64,000 nt of DNA from Dendrobates tinctorius. Its lineage: Eukaryota. The DNA lies in NCBI RefSeq assembly GCF_039654945.1, contig NW_027361751.1, positions 7,502,001-7,566,000 on the forward strand, written 5' to 3'. The position numbers and the translations under genes are program-made. Shown one piece after another: positions 38,139-50,900 of this stretch (position 1 is the first letter of the stretch; each line of letters opens with the position of its first letter). Below the pieces are notes generated by a model. The model ran no database searches, had not been told where the DNA came from, and saw only the letters and a program-made list of their open reading frames with translations.

Positions 38139-39209
38139 CTGAAACATCTGGTACAAGCAGAGCAACACCAGCAACAATTACAGCAACAACAGATGGTGCA
38201 ACAAGAGACCAGTAAGCTGTTTATGTAGCAGATGCAACAGCAGCATCAGCAGCAGATTGACTTGCTCGCAGAGGCGGTTCATTGGGTTCCCCCAAGTCCA
38301 GGCACGTACGTCCAGAAGGTAGTAAGACGAGCCATGTAAAAAATAACTCCGGGTGATGTTTTGGAGGCATTTTTGACTGTGTTTGAGTAGGTGGCAGAGC
38401 GTGAGAAGCTACTGCTAGAGCAGTGGGTGGAGGTGCTTGCCCTCTATCTGACTGGTGAGCCCCATAGGGCCTATTATGATTTGGCATTACAGGATGCGCA
38501 GGAATATGCCAAATTAAAAACTGAACTTTTGGCACGCGCAGCAGTGACTATGTTAATCACAGCGCAAGGTGTGGCAAAGAAGATCCAAGACAACATACTC
38601 AGAAGGGAGGTAAGAAAATTTCTAAAACAATCAACAGGGAGGAGATTGGAACAAAGCAAAATTCTCTAAAATGCATGCTCGCAAACGCCAGAAGCCTTAC
38701 AAACAAGATGGAAGAACTAGAAGAAGAAATATCTACAGATAACTATGGCATAGTGGGAATTACCGAGACATGGTTAGATGAAAGCTATGACTGGGCAGTT
38801 AACTTACAGGGTTACAGTCTATTTAGAAAGGATCGTAAAAATCGGAGTGGAGGAGGGGTTTGTCTTTATGTAAAGTCTTGTCTAAAGGGAAGATATTAGC
38901 GAAGGGAATGAGGATGTCGAGTCCATATGGGTCGAAATACATGGAGGGAAAAATAGTAACAAAATTCTCTTTGGGGTCTGTTACAAACCCCCAAATATAA
39001 CAGAAATCATGGAACGTCTACTACTAAGGCAGATAGAAGAAGCTGCAACCCATAATGAGGTCCTTGTTATGGGGGACTTTAACTACCCGGATATTAACTG
39101 GGAAACAGAGACCTGCGAAAGCCATAAAGGCAACAGGTTTCTGCTAATAGCCAATAATAATTATCTTTCACAACTGGTGCAGAATCCAACCAGAGGAGCA
39201 GCACTTTTA

Positions 39210-39604
39210 AGGGGGTTTTACACATAGCAATATCACTAGCGATATCGCTATAATGTCACCGATTTTGTGACGTTATAGCGATATCGCTAGCGATATCGCT
39301 ATGTGTGATACTTACCTCCGACCGGCTCCCCCGCTGTCCATCGCTGATCGCGCAAGAATGTCCGGCTCCATTTCTCGTCGGGCGCTTCCTGCTGGGCTTC
39401 CTGCTGTCACGACGAGCGACGGGTGGAGGCGGGCGGGAGGACGTCAGGATCGCTGTGTGTGAAAGGTGAGTATCGTGCGCTGCGTCGCTGTGAGGTCTGC
39501 CTGTGTGACAGCTCACTAGCGATCATTTAGCGATGCACCAGCGATCCAGACTGGGCCAGATCGCTGGTCGGATCGCTGGTGCATCACTAAATGTAAAGGG
39601 GCCT
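39210..39604. mobile_element. Harbinger MITE (family of 9097-9493) inside the CR1 endonuclease
   Basis: TSD TTA; the CR1 reads GAALL|DLILSN across it. Confidence 0.88.
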
Positions 39605-42197
39605 TTAGACCTAATACTATCTAACAGACCTGACAGAATAACAAATCTGCAGGTCGTCGAGCATCTAGGAAATAGCGACCACAATATTGTACAGTTTAAC
39701 TTGTCTTTCGCTAGGGGGACTTGTCAGGGAGTCACAAAAACACTGAACTTTAGGAAGGCAAAGTTTGACCATCTTAGAGATGCCCTTAATCTGGTTGACT
39801 GGGGCAATGTCTTCAGAAATAAGAATACAGAAAATAAATGAGAAATGTTTAAGAACATCCTTAATAGGCACTGTAAGCAGTTTATACCTTGTGGGAATAA
39901 AAGGACAAGAAATAGGAAAAACCCAATGTGGCTAAACAAAAAAGTAAGAGGGGCAATTAACTGTAAAAAGAAAGCATTTAAACTACTAAAGCAGGATGGC
40001 ACCGTTGAAGCTCTAAAAAACTATAAGGAGAAAAATTCTTTATCTAAAAAAATAATGAAAGCTGCCAAAAAGGAAACAGAGAAGCACGTTGGTAAGGAGA
40101 GTAAAACTAATCCCAAGCTGTTCTTCAACTATATCAATAGTAAAAGAATCAAAAGTGAAAGTGTAGGCCCATTAAAAAATTGTGAGGAAAGTATGGTTGT
40201 AGATGATGAGGAAAAAGCTAATATATTAAACACCTTCTTCTTCATGGTATTCACGGTGGAAAATGAAATGCTAGGTGAAATGCCAAGAGACAAAGAAAAC
40301 CCTATATTAAGGGTCACCAATCTAACCCAAGAAGAGGAGCAAAACCGGCTAAATAAGATTAAAATAGATAAATCTCCGGGTCCGGATGACATACACCCAC
40401 GAGTACTAAGAGAACTAAGTAATGTAATAGACAAACCATTATTTCTTATATTTAGAGACTCTATAGCGACGGGGTCTGTTCCACAGGACTGGCGCATAGC
40501 AAATGTGGTACCAATATTCAAAAAGGGCTCTAAAAGTGAACCTGGAAATTATAGGCCAGTAAGTCTAACCTCTATTGTTGGTAAAATATTTGAAGGACTT
40601 CTGAGGGATGTTATTCTGGATTATCTCAATGAGAATAACTGTTTAACTCCATATCAGCATGGGTTTATGATGAATCACTCCTGTCAAACCAATCTAATCA
40701 GTTTTTATGAAGAGGTAAGCTATAGACTGGACCAAGGTGAGTCATTGGATGTGGTATATCTTGATTTTTCCAAAGCGTTTGATACCGTGCCACACAAGAG
40801 GTTGGTACACAAAATGAGAATGCTTGGTCCGAGGGAAAATGTGTGTAAATGGGTAAGCAACTAGTTTAGTGGTAGAAAGCAGAGGGTGGTTATAAATGGT
40901 ATATTCTCTAACTGAGTCGCTGTGACCAGTGGAATACCGCAGGGGTCGGTGTTGGGACCTATTCTCTTCAACATATTTATTAACGATCTGGTAGAAGATT
41001 TGCACAGTAAAATATCGATATTTGCAGATGATACAAAACTATGTAAAGCAGTCAATACAAGAGAAGATAGTATTCTGCTACAGATGTATCTGGATAAGTT
41101 GGGAACTTGGACCAAATGGTGGCAGATGCTGTTTAACAATGATAAATGTAAGGTTATACACATGGGAAGAAGGAATCAATATCACCATTAGAGATGACCA
41201 ACTTTGCCTTTTTTTGGGTCGAGTCGGATTTCACGAAACCCGACTTTCGCAAAAGTCGGGTCGAACGAAATCGGCCAATTATTGTGAAAAGTCGAAGTCC
41301 TACTGAAACACGAAACCCAATGTAAGTCAATGGGGAAGAAAAGTCGGCAGTGAGTGGAGGACAGGAAGCACACCTAGAGTGCCCATTTTAATGCCAAAAA
41401 CATCAATTCTTATTCCTTAAGCTTGTCAACCTTAATTTACTTTATAATAATAGTTAGGCATTGAAAACTGGAGGTTATTTGGCTAAAGTTGTGGGGGGGT
41501 AGTGCTGGCTCCAGATTTTCGTGGGTTCAGGGCCAAAGAGTGTTACTGGGCTCCTTTAACACATGACACAATTCATGATCCTTTGATACGGCAGAGAAAT
41601 AGCGGTACAGTACAATGAAAAATACTTCAATTCTTACATCACATGACTGATATCCATTTTAAATTCTCCAATAGCTCCAAAAACAGACAGAGTATTCCTC
41701 CATACAGTATTATGGCCACTGCATTGTGCGCCATACAGAGTAATGAGGCCCATATATTTCTCCATACAGAATCATTGGTCCCATATAATGTTTGAAACAG
41801 TATATGATGAGCTCCACATAATGCTACAGTATATGTTGTTCACCATTGATGAAGCTCCAGTGTCTTATGGGCCCAAATAATGCTCCACATATAATGGGCC
41901 CCATTTCTAATGCTCCAGTGTATAATGGGCCCTGTAAATGGTGCTCCAGTGACTGATGTCCACCTTTGGAATGCTCCAGTGTATGGTGGGCCCCAGATAT
42001 CATTCTCCAGAGTATCGTGCTCCCCAAAAATTGCTCCCAACATTTAAAACAATTAAATAAGTCTCCTCGCTAAGGAATCCCTGTACTCTGGACTCCTCAT
42101 CGTCCCCATATTCCATCTCTCTGCACTTGGACTGTTTAGGCAGAGGGCGTACAGACGTGATGTCATCGCGCTCTTTGACCAGAATGTCACTGTCAGG

Positions 42198-42613
42198 AAA
42201 AGTGTTTGGTTTCCGGGGCCAGTATGGTTGCAAAGCTGAACCTTAAAGGAATGTCCAGAAGGGCATGACCAGGAGTGGAGCCTGCGGCTTAATTGGACTC
42301 CACACGGGCAACATCAACCATGCCATCCACAAAAAAGCTGCACAGATTGCAAGCTTAATTCCGTTAATGAGCGAGACTCAGGCATGCCCCCGCGGTCCGC
42401 GTCCAGCTTACTAGAGGGACACGCGAGGCTCTGGCACGCGAGATCGACCAATAACAGGTCTGTCATGCCCTTACATGTCCGGGGCTGCACGCGTGCTGCA
42501 ATGAAGGGACCAGCGTGTATCGCTTACAAGTGCGGATAACACGCTGAACCCCGTTAGTGATGGGGATTACAATTCTTCCCCGCGAACAAGCATTTCCCAG
42601 TAAGTGCAGGTCA
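42198..42613 (+). pseudogene. Degenerate 18S rRNA fragment (3' major domain) with an internal deletion
   Basis: AGTATGGTTGCAAAGCTGAA.CTTAAAGGAAT..., CCAGGAGTGGAGCCTGCGGCTTAATT.GACTC, CAATAACAGGTCTGT.ATGCCCTTA.ATGTCCGGGGCTGCACGCG and TTCCCAGTAAGTGC.GGTCA match conserved eukaryotic 18S segments in order. Confidence 0.9.
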
Positions 42614-43899
42614 ACCGTAATTCCGGAATTAGGCCTAAACGGCATTCCAGAAAGAATGTGAAAAAATTAAGTGTCCAAACCACAGGTGCTGTAGCTTGCT
42701 TAACAGCTGGGCTCCTCTGCTGAGTAGCACACAGTTCTTATATAAACACGCGGCATAGCTTGGTTCTCGGGTGGCCAACTCTGCTGAGTAGCATACACAG
42801 TTACTAGGCCCAAAGTATTAAGTGGTGTAAATGCAGTCAAAAACTGGTTCTTTCATAAAAAACGGATTAAAAACATATTAAAAACATATATGTGACATGC
42901 ACAAGTGTGAACAAGTTGGTCAGACAATGCTCACACCACCCAATGGCTGAAACACAACAAGAAAACACAAAATGACAAATTTGCAAAAATACTCTGCAAT
43001 AAAAAACATGATAATAATCAGCAAGTGCTGTATAGCAAATACAGGGTATTTAGTCAATACGTTTTTTGCAAAAAATGTATACCAAGCCGCTTCACCACGT
43101 CACGGTAACCCTTCACGAAGCAGTCCCTATCTAATGTATTTAAAACCTGAACATGTGAACAGTGTCTAAATGAACAGGATACAGACAGGCGCCTCCTAGT
43201 ATATGGGCTTGTGGTGTAAGACAGGCGGCATAGCTCAGTTCACGGGTGGACTCCTCTTCTGAGTAGCAGACACAGTTACTAGGCCCAAAAGGATTTTCAG
43301 AACAATAAGCGGTAAAAATTATTAGAAACACACACAGCGTAGCTCCTTCACAGGTGTACTACACCGCTGGCTACCATACACCGCTAATATGCCCTAAAAC
43401 TGTCTATTATCATTGAAAACCATTATTAATGTGAAAAAAAATATGCTTTTGTTTAACGAAACATTCTAGAACGGAAACTCGAACAGCCGAATTTTAATCA
43501 AAGTGTTGTAGTTCGACGAACGGATCTAACACCGCCCAAAACAGCTAGAATTTGAACTTGGCCAACAGTTCCACTCAATCACAACTCATCTGTAATCAGG
43601 AGGCAGACTCAGACGGTTTCAGGCACAGTATGGATTCGACAAGATTGCAGAAAGTTGAGAAAGGGTAGATTATCACTGGATAACAGGTATACAGTATATA
43701 GCATAGTTTAAACATTTAAAATCTCCGTGTTTATTTACGGAGTCCGACAAATACACTCACAGCCTCAATATGGATTAGACAACAATCTAAAATGTAGAAA
43801 AAAGGAAATGTTTTTGATGCGTACACCAGTATACACTGTTAGGGTATTTTTAAATCTTCATACTGTATATATTTCTGTCTCAGTAAGACAGACCAGACT

Positions 43900-44485
43900 C
43901 TCTGCAAGAGGAAATGAGATGGATAAAAGTACAAACATAAAGTCGAGTGATTGCAGAATTTTAGGAATTGCTAATCACGGGAAAAACTCCCAGGAGAATT
44001 CTCAGAGCCGATGCTGACCCTCAATTACTTTGTGTGTGGAGACAGCGAAAACAGTTCTTTGTGAAGAAAGGGTTGCTGTATCGCAGTACCGTTGATCCCA
44101 TCACCGTTACTCATCTCCATCAAATTTTGATCACAGGGAGAGATGTAGACATGGTCCTCACTGCCTATCATGATCTGTCAGGTAACTTTGGAGTGCAAAA
44201 GACACAAGCCACAGGCCGTAGGCGATTCTATTGGATTGGCATGAGAGGACACATTTAAAAATGTGAGCAGGAATGTCACACATCTGTGAGTCGGAAAACC
44301 GTGAAAGCTGATGATAAACCACCACTGCATCTCATTGTGAGTCGACGTCCATAACAAATGGAAGCCATTCATCATCTGAAGATAGAGCCCAGCAGGACAG
44401 GGCATAGCTACGTCTTAACCATCATCTATCATTTCACCAAATTTGTATTGGCAATCCCAGTGAAGTATTTAACAGGCCAGACTAC
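43900..44485 (+). mobile_element. Gypsy integrase fragment inside the hAT
   Basis: KKGLLYR..AYHDLSGNFGVQKT...RRRFYWIGM; GHSYVLTII.HFTKFVLAIPV. Confidence 0.7.
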
Positions 44486-44939
44486 ACAGTGATGGAGCAG
44501 GGAGAGGTAAGTATTGCAAGTGCTGGTGCCCTGAGCAAGCAGGGGGGCCCACTTGTGGGCGGCGGTACTGGCACAGGGCCCCTCATAGTACGCCGGTGTG
44601 TCTGACGGCGGGTGTGCACCCCCACCGTCAGAGACACTTGATTCTACTATGAGGGACCTTGTGCCACTGCCATTGCCAAAGAGTGTGCCCACCCATCTGT
44701 CCAGGGCAACAGCACTCGCACAGGTGCGTGCGCCAGGTGGTGACCCCGGCCCTGTGGGGGGAGGCAGCCCAGTTAGGGAGGTGGAAAAAATGGCATATGT
44801 TGATGTTGGACATTCAGCAGCTGCAAATGGAGTAATTGGAGAAGTCCGCGGAAGAGGATGACAAAAGCAAGCCATTTTTCTGGCAACCTACGTGTCAGCA
44901 GGGGAGGGTGGGACAAAATCCTTTGAAACCCATGCATGG

Positions 44940-47930
44940 TTCATTTTAATGAAGGTTAGATCATCAACATTTTGGGTCGACAGACAGGTCCTTTTTCTTT
45001 GTCAGGATTGATCCAGCAGCACTGAAGACTCGTTCAGATAGCACACTAGCAGCAGGGCAAGCGAGCTGCTGTAAGGCATATTGTGCCAATTCCGGGCAGG
45101 TGTCAAGTTTACTGGCCCAATAGTCAAAGGGGAATGACCGGTGAGGAAGAACATCAATATGGGAGAAGTAGTTTGTTACCATAGCTGACAACTGCTGTCT
45201 CCTGTCACTTTTGAAAATCAGTCCACAACATGGTCATGAATCCCCTGTGTCCAACGCCACTTCGGCTGTGTGCACCATGAACAACTCTTCCATGTTGCCC
45301 CCTACGGCTCGTGGGAGAAACATCACCGCTGCTGTGTGCAGGGAATGCCTCAAACAAATGGTTTACCAGAGTTGCTTGTTTGTTAGCCCACATTAGCTCT
45401 AGGTTCTCCTGTGGCATGATGTTTTGGAATTTGCCTTTATAGCGTGGATCCAGGATGCTGGCCAACCAGTAGTCGTCATCGTTCATCATTTTGGCAATGT
45501 GGGGGTCCGTTTTTAGGATCTGCAAGGCATAATCACACATGTGGGCCAATGTTCCAGGTGTCAGTGATGCATTGCGAGTGCTGGGTGGAGGATCACTTTC
45601 TGGCAAATCAACATCCCTCCAGTCACGCACAAACCCTGTACCTGACCTTGCCACGCCAACATTTTTTCCTGGCACCTGAGAAGCATCCTCCTCCTCAAAA
45701 TAATCATCCCCATCATCCTCCTCCTCCTCTTCCTCTTCTTCCTCCACCTCATCCACGAGACTTCCCTGAGCAGGCAATGGCTGACTGTCATCAAGGCTTC
45801 CCTCCTCTTCCTCCTCAGCTGCAGACGCCTGCTCCTTAATGTGCATCAAAGTTTGCATGAGCAGACGCATAAGTGGGATGCTCATGCTTATGATGGCGTC
45901 GTCTGCGCTTACCAGTCATGTGCATTCCTCAAAACAATGAAGGACTTTACAGAGGTCTTTCAGCTTCGACCACTGCACACCAGACAACTCCATGTCTGCC
46001 TGCAAACTGCCTGCCCGTGTATCCTCCCACAAATGAATTGCAGCCTGCCTCTGTTCGCACAGCCTCTGAACCATGTGCAGGGTGGAGTTCCACCTTGTTG
46101 CAACGTCGATAATTAGGCGGTGCTTGGGAAGGTGGAGCAATCGCTGCAGCTTCTGCATACGACTGGAGTGTACGGGCGACCGGCGGATGTGCAAGCACAG
46201 TCTTCGCACCTTATGGAGCAGGGGTGTTAACTCCGGATAATTATTGAGGAAGCACTGCACAACCAGGTTCAAGGTATGAGCCAGGCAAGGTATGTGTCTG
46301 AGTTTTGAAAGGGCTATGGCTGCCACAAAATTCTGGCCGTTATCACTAACTACCTTGCCTGCCTCAAGATGTAGACTGCCCAGCCATGACTCAGTTTGTC
46401 GCTGCAAGTAGTCGGCCAGTATCTCAGCGGTGTGTCTGTTGTCACCCAAACACATCATCTTCAACACAGCCTGCTGATGCTTACCACTAGCTGTTCGATA
46501 GTGGAACAACTCGTGTGCAACACTGGCAGTTGCGGATGGAGTGCTCGTGCGACTGCACTCTGTGGACAAGCTTTCGCTTCTGGTGGAGGAGGAGGAGGGT
46601 CGAACGCCTACAGCCAACTGTTTCCTATACCGTGGGCTAGGCAGCACTGTCCCACCGTCGCTGTCCCCTGTGGACCCTGCATCCACCACATTAACCCAGT
46701 GCGCAGTGATGGACACGTAACGGCCCTGGCTATGCCTACTGGACCATGCATCTGTTGTGAGGTGCACCATTCCACTCACTAATTGCTTGAGTGCATGGAC
46801 AATGTGGTCTTTCACATGCACGTGGAGGGCTGGGATGGCTTTTCGCGAAAAGAAGTGCCGACTGGGTAGGTCAAAGCGTGGTACTGCGTAGGCCATGAGC
46901 TCGTGGAAAGCTTTGCTTTCAACCAACCGGTAGGGCATCAACTCTAACGAGATTAGTTTGGCAATGTGGGCGTTCAAAGCCAGTGTACACGGATGAGAGG
47001 ATGAGTACTTTCTTGTCCTACTCAGAGTCTCTGGTAGGATGAGCTGGACTTGAGAGCTGCATATGGTGAAACTAACGGTGGTCATGGCGGACTGAGAGAG
47101 GGTTGGTGATGGTGATGGTGTTGGTGGTGTTGCTGAAGGCCTAGATTCAGTCTTTCGTAGCAATAACATTGTGATTCCATGACTGCTTTACCCTTGCGAC
47201 GACACCTCGACATTTGCTGCTGGTGGTGTGCTAACCGGTGGGCTTACAGTGGGGGAAGCGATGTAGCGTTGCTGACTACCTTCATTCGGAGCAGGTGCAC
47301 ATGTGGTACGTGAGGTTTGGTAGTCCGTCCACGCTTGCAAGTGCATGGTGGTTAAATGTCTAAGCATGCAATTGGTATTCAAATTTCTCTGATTTTTCCC
47401 TCGGCTAAAGGTCTTTGCGCACTTCTTACAGATAACTTTTGCCTGATCATTAGAATTTTTTTCAAAAAAGTGCCACACTGCACTCTTCCTACTATGGAAG
47501 CCATTTTGAGACCTTGCACGCTGTGCTAATTTGACCGTCTGGCCAAGCTGTCCTGCAACGCTTTTGGTTTTTGTAACACATTTTTGGACTGCTACGGTCA
47601 TGCCAGATAACAGCTGTTGCGATGTTGTTGCCTGCTGCGGATCCTCCTCCTCCTCTTCTTAGCTATTGGCAGCGGCACTCTCTTCCCCCAATGGATGCCA
47701 ATCTGGGTCAACAACTGGGTCATCCATCACCGCCTCTTCAATTTCATGTGCACCTTCCTCTGTGTCACCGTGTAAGGTGGTATAGTATGCGGGAAGGGGC
47801 ACCTGAGTTTCATCAGGGTCTGATTCTGCCTCAGTACATTGGAGGACAATGTAGTGCTCTGAGTGAATGTACCAGCAGAAAAATCTAGCAGTGGTTGTGC
47901 GTCAGTGCACTCCATGTCAGATTAATCTTG
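44940..47930 (-). pseudogene. hAT (ZBED4/Ac-like) transposase, disrupted
   Basis: BED finger SAVWHFF..CKKC..MLRHL..H; LTTDAWS, SDNG, CLAHTLNLVV, TRWNST, LDPRYK, CPAASVLSERVFSAAG, spread over four broken ORFs. Confidence 0.93.
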
Positions 47931-50900
47931 GACTGGGGAATTCACAGGCTGAAATTGGATGGTGTATGTCAAGGTGGAGGGTGTCTATAGGATTGGTGAG
48001 AATTGGGATCTCACTAGAGATTTGAGGACGCAGACAATGATGCTCTCAGTCCAAGTATGGACGCAGGCAGCCTAATAAGCAGGACTGCTGCACACACAAA
48101 AGGTTTGAAAAATGAACGCTTGGTAACTGTGCAGAAAAGAGGAAGAAAAGTATTTTTGCTTTTAAAAAAGCAGTTTGCACAGCAGTGTGCAAACAGCAAT
48201 GCAGCCTAATAACCAACAGAGCTGATGCACAAAAATAGAGCCTCCCCTGTCACTGCACACAAAGTGTTGTGTTGTAAGTGGAAATCGCTAACAGCAGAAG
48301 CAGTTTTTTGGTTCTTCTTCCCTGCCTAATGCTCTCCCTTATTTTGAATCAGCAGCCAGCAACCTCTCCCTAATGCTAAGAGAGGCAGAAGTAAGATGGC
48401 GGTCGGCGTTCACGCCCTTTTATAGCCCCTTTGACACCACACCAAGCCAGCCAATCACTTGCATGCCCTTCTCAAAGATGGTGGTGACCAATGCCTATGT
48501 CATCGCATTGCCCACAGTGTGCGTCCTCCATCATTGGCTGAAAAAGGGCGCTAGAAGCATCTTTTGAAACGCGATTTTGGCGCTCTGGTCGCCGACCTCG
48601 TGGCCGACCTCACGTTATGGTCGGGTTTCATTTCATGAAACCCGACTTCAGCGAAAGTCGCCGACTTTTGAATATGACCGACCCGTTTCGCTCAACTCTA
48701 CCAGAGAGATTAGCAAAATTAGGATTATTTAGTCTAGAAAAAAGACGACTGAGGGGCGATCTAATAACCATGCATAAGTTTATAAGGGGACAATACAAAT
48801 ATCTCTCCGAGGATCTGTTTATACCAAGGAAGGTGACGGTCACAAGGGGGCATTCTCTGCGTCTGGAGGAGAAAGATTTTTCCACCAACATAGAAGAGGA
48901 TTCTTTACTGTTAGGGCAGTGAGAATCTGGAATTCCCTGCCTGAGGAGGTGGTGATGGCGAACTCAGTCGAAGGGTTCAAGAGAGGCCTGGATGTCTTCC
49001 TGGAGCGTATCAATATTGTATCTTACAGTTATTGTTAGGTTCTTTAGAAGGACGTAGATCCTGGGATTTATTCTGACAGAATTTTATAGGCTGAACTGGA
49101 TGGACTAATGTCTTTTTTCGGCCTTACTAACTATGTTACTGTGTTACTATGTTAAGGGGTTCACCACTTTACATATTATGGGGACAAACCGCCTTGATCC
49201 CAAATGTTTGATCTACTGCATCTTGTGCAAAAATGATGGCAGCCAGAATCCTCCACTCCAGCCTAGATGGTCAAGCAGGTTGTCATGGACAGATTTGTGC
49301 ACTCTCTTCCTAGGCCAGTGCAGGCCTGGATTGCCTAGGGAGATCCCTGGAATGCGGACGAACTGGTGGGCCTAGTGGAACAGTAACAAGGAAGTCGAGA
49401 GGTCCCTAATAAAGCCAGGGGGTGGTGCATCCTCATACTAGGGTATTCAGCAAGAACCTTAGTCCCAAAAGAGGGATGGAAGAGCCACCAATGGGGGGCA
49501 TCCTAGATCCCAGGGGGTTGCTGATGGGTTGTTAAAAGCCATAGGTAAAGACTTGCTTTGCTGGAGATGTTGCGGTCTTGGACATATAGACACCCGTTGT
49601 CCCTTGTTCTTCGAGGAGATGGACTGCAGCCTAGGGAGGTGCTGCTCCTACTATGCCTATGTCACCTGCAGTGTGGACTATCAGACCAGTGAGGGGCCAC
49701 AGTCATGTCCCGTGTCAATAAATGGGGTGCAGCTGTCGGGACTCTTAGTCTCCGGGAGCTTGGTGAACACCAGTTTTTACCAGGGAAACACGTGGGCGTC
49801 CACAGTATCCACATGAACGCCAAAGACTATCCTGTCACCAGAGTGTCGATCAAAACGAGCCGGGGTACTGAGTCCCATGAGGTCAGGGTAGTCAAAGGTT
49901 TGTTCAGCCTTTTCTGGGACTTGTGGGGAAAGACGGGGATACCAAAGGATGTAGACAGAAGCCAGCTCAAGTCTGATGAAACCCTATCGCAGTCGGAGGT
50001 GGATGAGTTTTCCTTGTGTGTCCTGGCTGGTTACAAGAACAAGTTGGTGACCAGTGAGGCTGAAATTCCTGAACTGGGGGTTTCTGGGGAAAATTTAGGG
50101 ACTGCCCAAAATGCAGGCTCTTACTTTAAAAAATGTAGTTGAAAATGTGACTGTTATAAATGGCGTTTGCCATGAGTCAGGTGTCAACACAAGGTACTTT
50201 GCAACCGATGAGGAGTTGCTATATCGGGTCACTAAACAGTGAGAGGAAGTATTAGAGCAGCTGTTAGTCCCAGGACCCTATAGTCGTAGGGTAATAGATC
50301 TTTACATGCTCATTTCTTGGTGGGGCATCTAGGCGTAGATAAAACCCAAGAGCGAGTCGTTCAGGGGTTTTACCGGCCTGGATGTCACAGGGACATTGTT
50401 AGTTTCTGTTGATCTTGCGATACCTGTCAGCTAACTGCTCCTGTATCCCTCTCCCGCAGTCCCTTAGTTCCGTTATCCATAATCAAAGTCCCACTTCATC
50501 TGACTGCCATGGACCTGATAGGGCCAGTAGCTATGTCCACCAGGGGTCATCAATACATCCTGATGATAATGGACTATGCCATGTGGTACCCAGAGGCGGT
50601 ACCTCTGAGAAGCTCCTCCACCCAGTATAGCAGGAGAGCTAGTTCATATTTTCTCCCGGACATGCCTGCCAAAGGTGATCCTGACAGAACAAGGAAGGGA
50701 CACCATTCATTTCCAAGGTAATGAGGGAGTTGTGTAAGGCCCTCCAGATTACCCAATGTAGGACGGTGGTGTACCATCCTCAGACAGATGGCCTTGTGGT
50801 GAGGTTCAAAAAGACCATGAAATCTATTTTGAAGAAAGTTGTGGAGAAGGTGGATCGACTTTGGGGTTGCCTGCTGCCATACTTACTGTTCTCCATTAGA

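Larger units (their letters stand above)
41189..48700 (-). mobile_element. hAT DNA transposon with BED-finger transposase and cargo
   Basis: Termini TAGAGTTGAGCGAA (48700, minus strand) and TAGAGATGACCAA (41189); subterminal TCGG/CCGA motifs; transposase pseudogene inside. Confidence 0.88.
38568..49154 (+). mobile_element. CR1 LINE (ORF2 EN-RT to 3' tail), split by a MITE and a 7.5-kb hAT
   Basis: NARSL.NK, GITETW, MGDFN, NSDH; NYRPVSLTS, QHGF, DFSKAFD, GIPQGSVLGP, FADD; LGLFSLEKRRLRGD; 8-bp tail (CTATGTTA)n at 49130-49154. Confidence 0.95.

Noticed and set aside
42198-42613. Functional rRNA gene
   Set aside because: It is partial, has many substitutions in universally conserved positions and an internal deletion, and has no ITS, 5.8S or 28S context.
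44940-47930. Domesticated host ZBED4-like gene
   Set aside because: It has multiple stops and frameshifts, is flanked by TIRs and is nested within a CR1.
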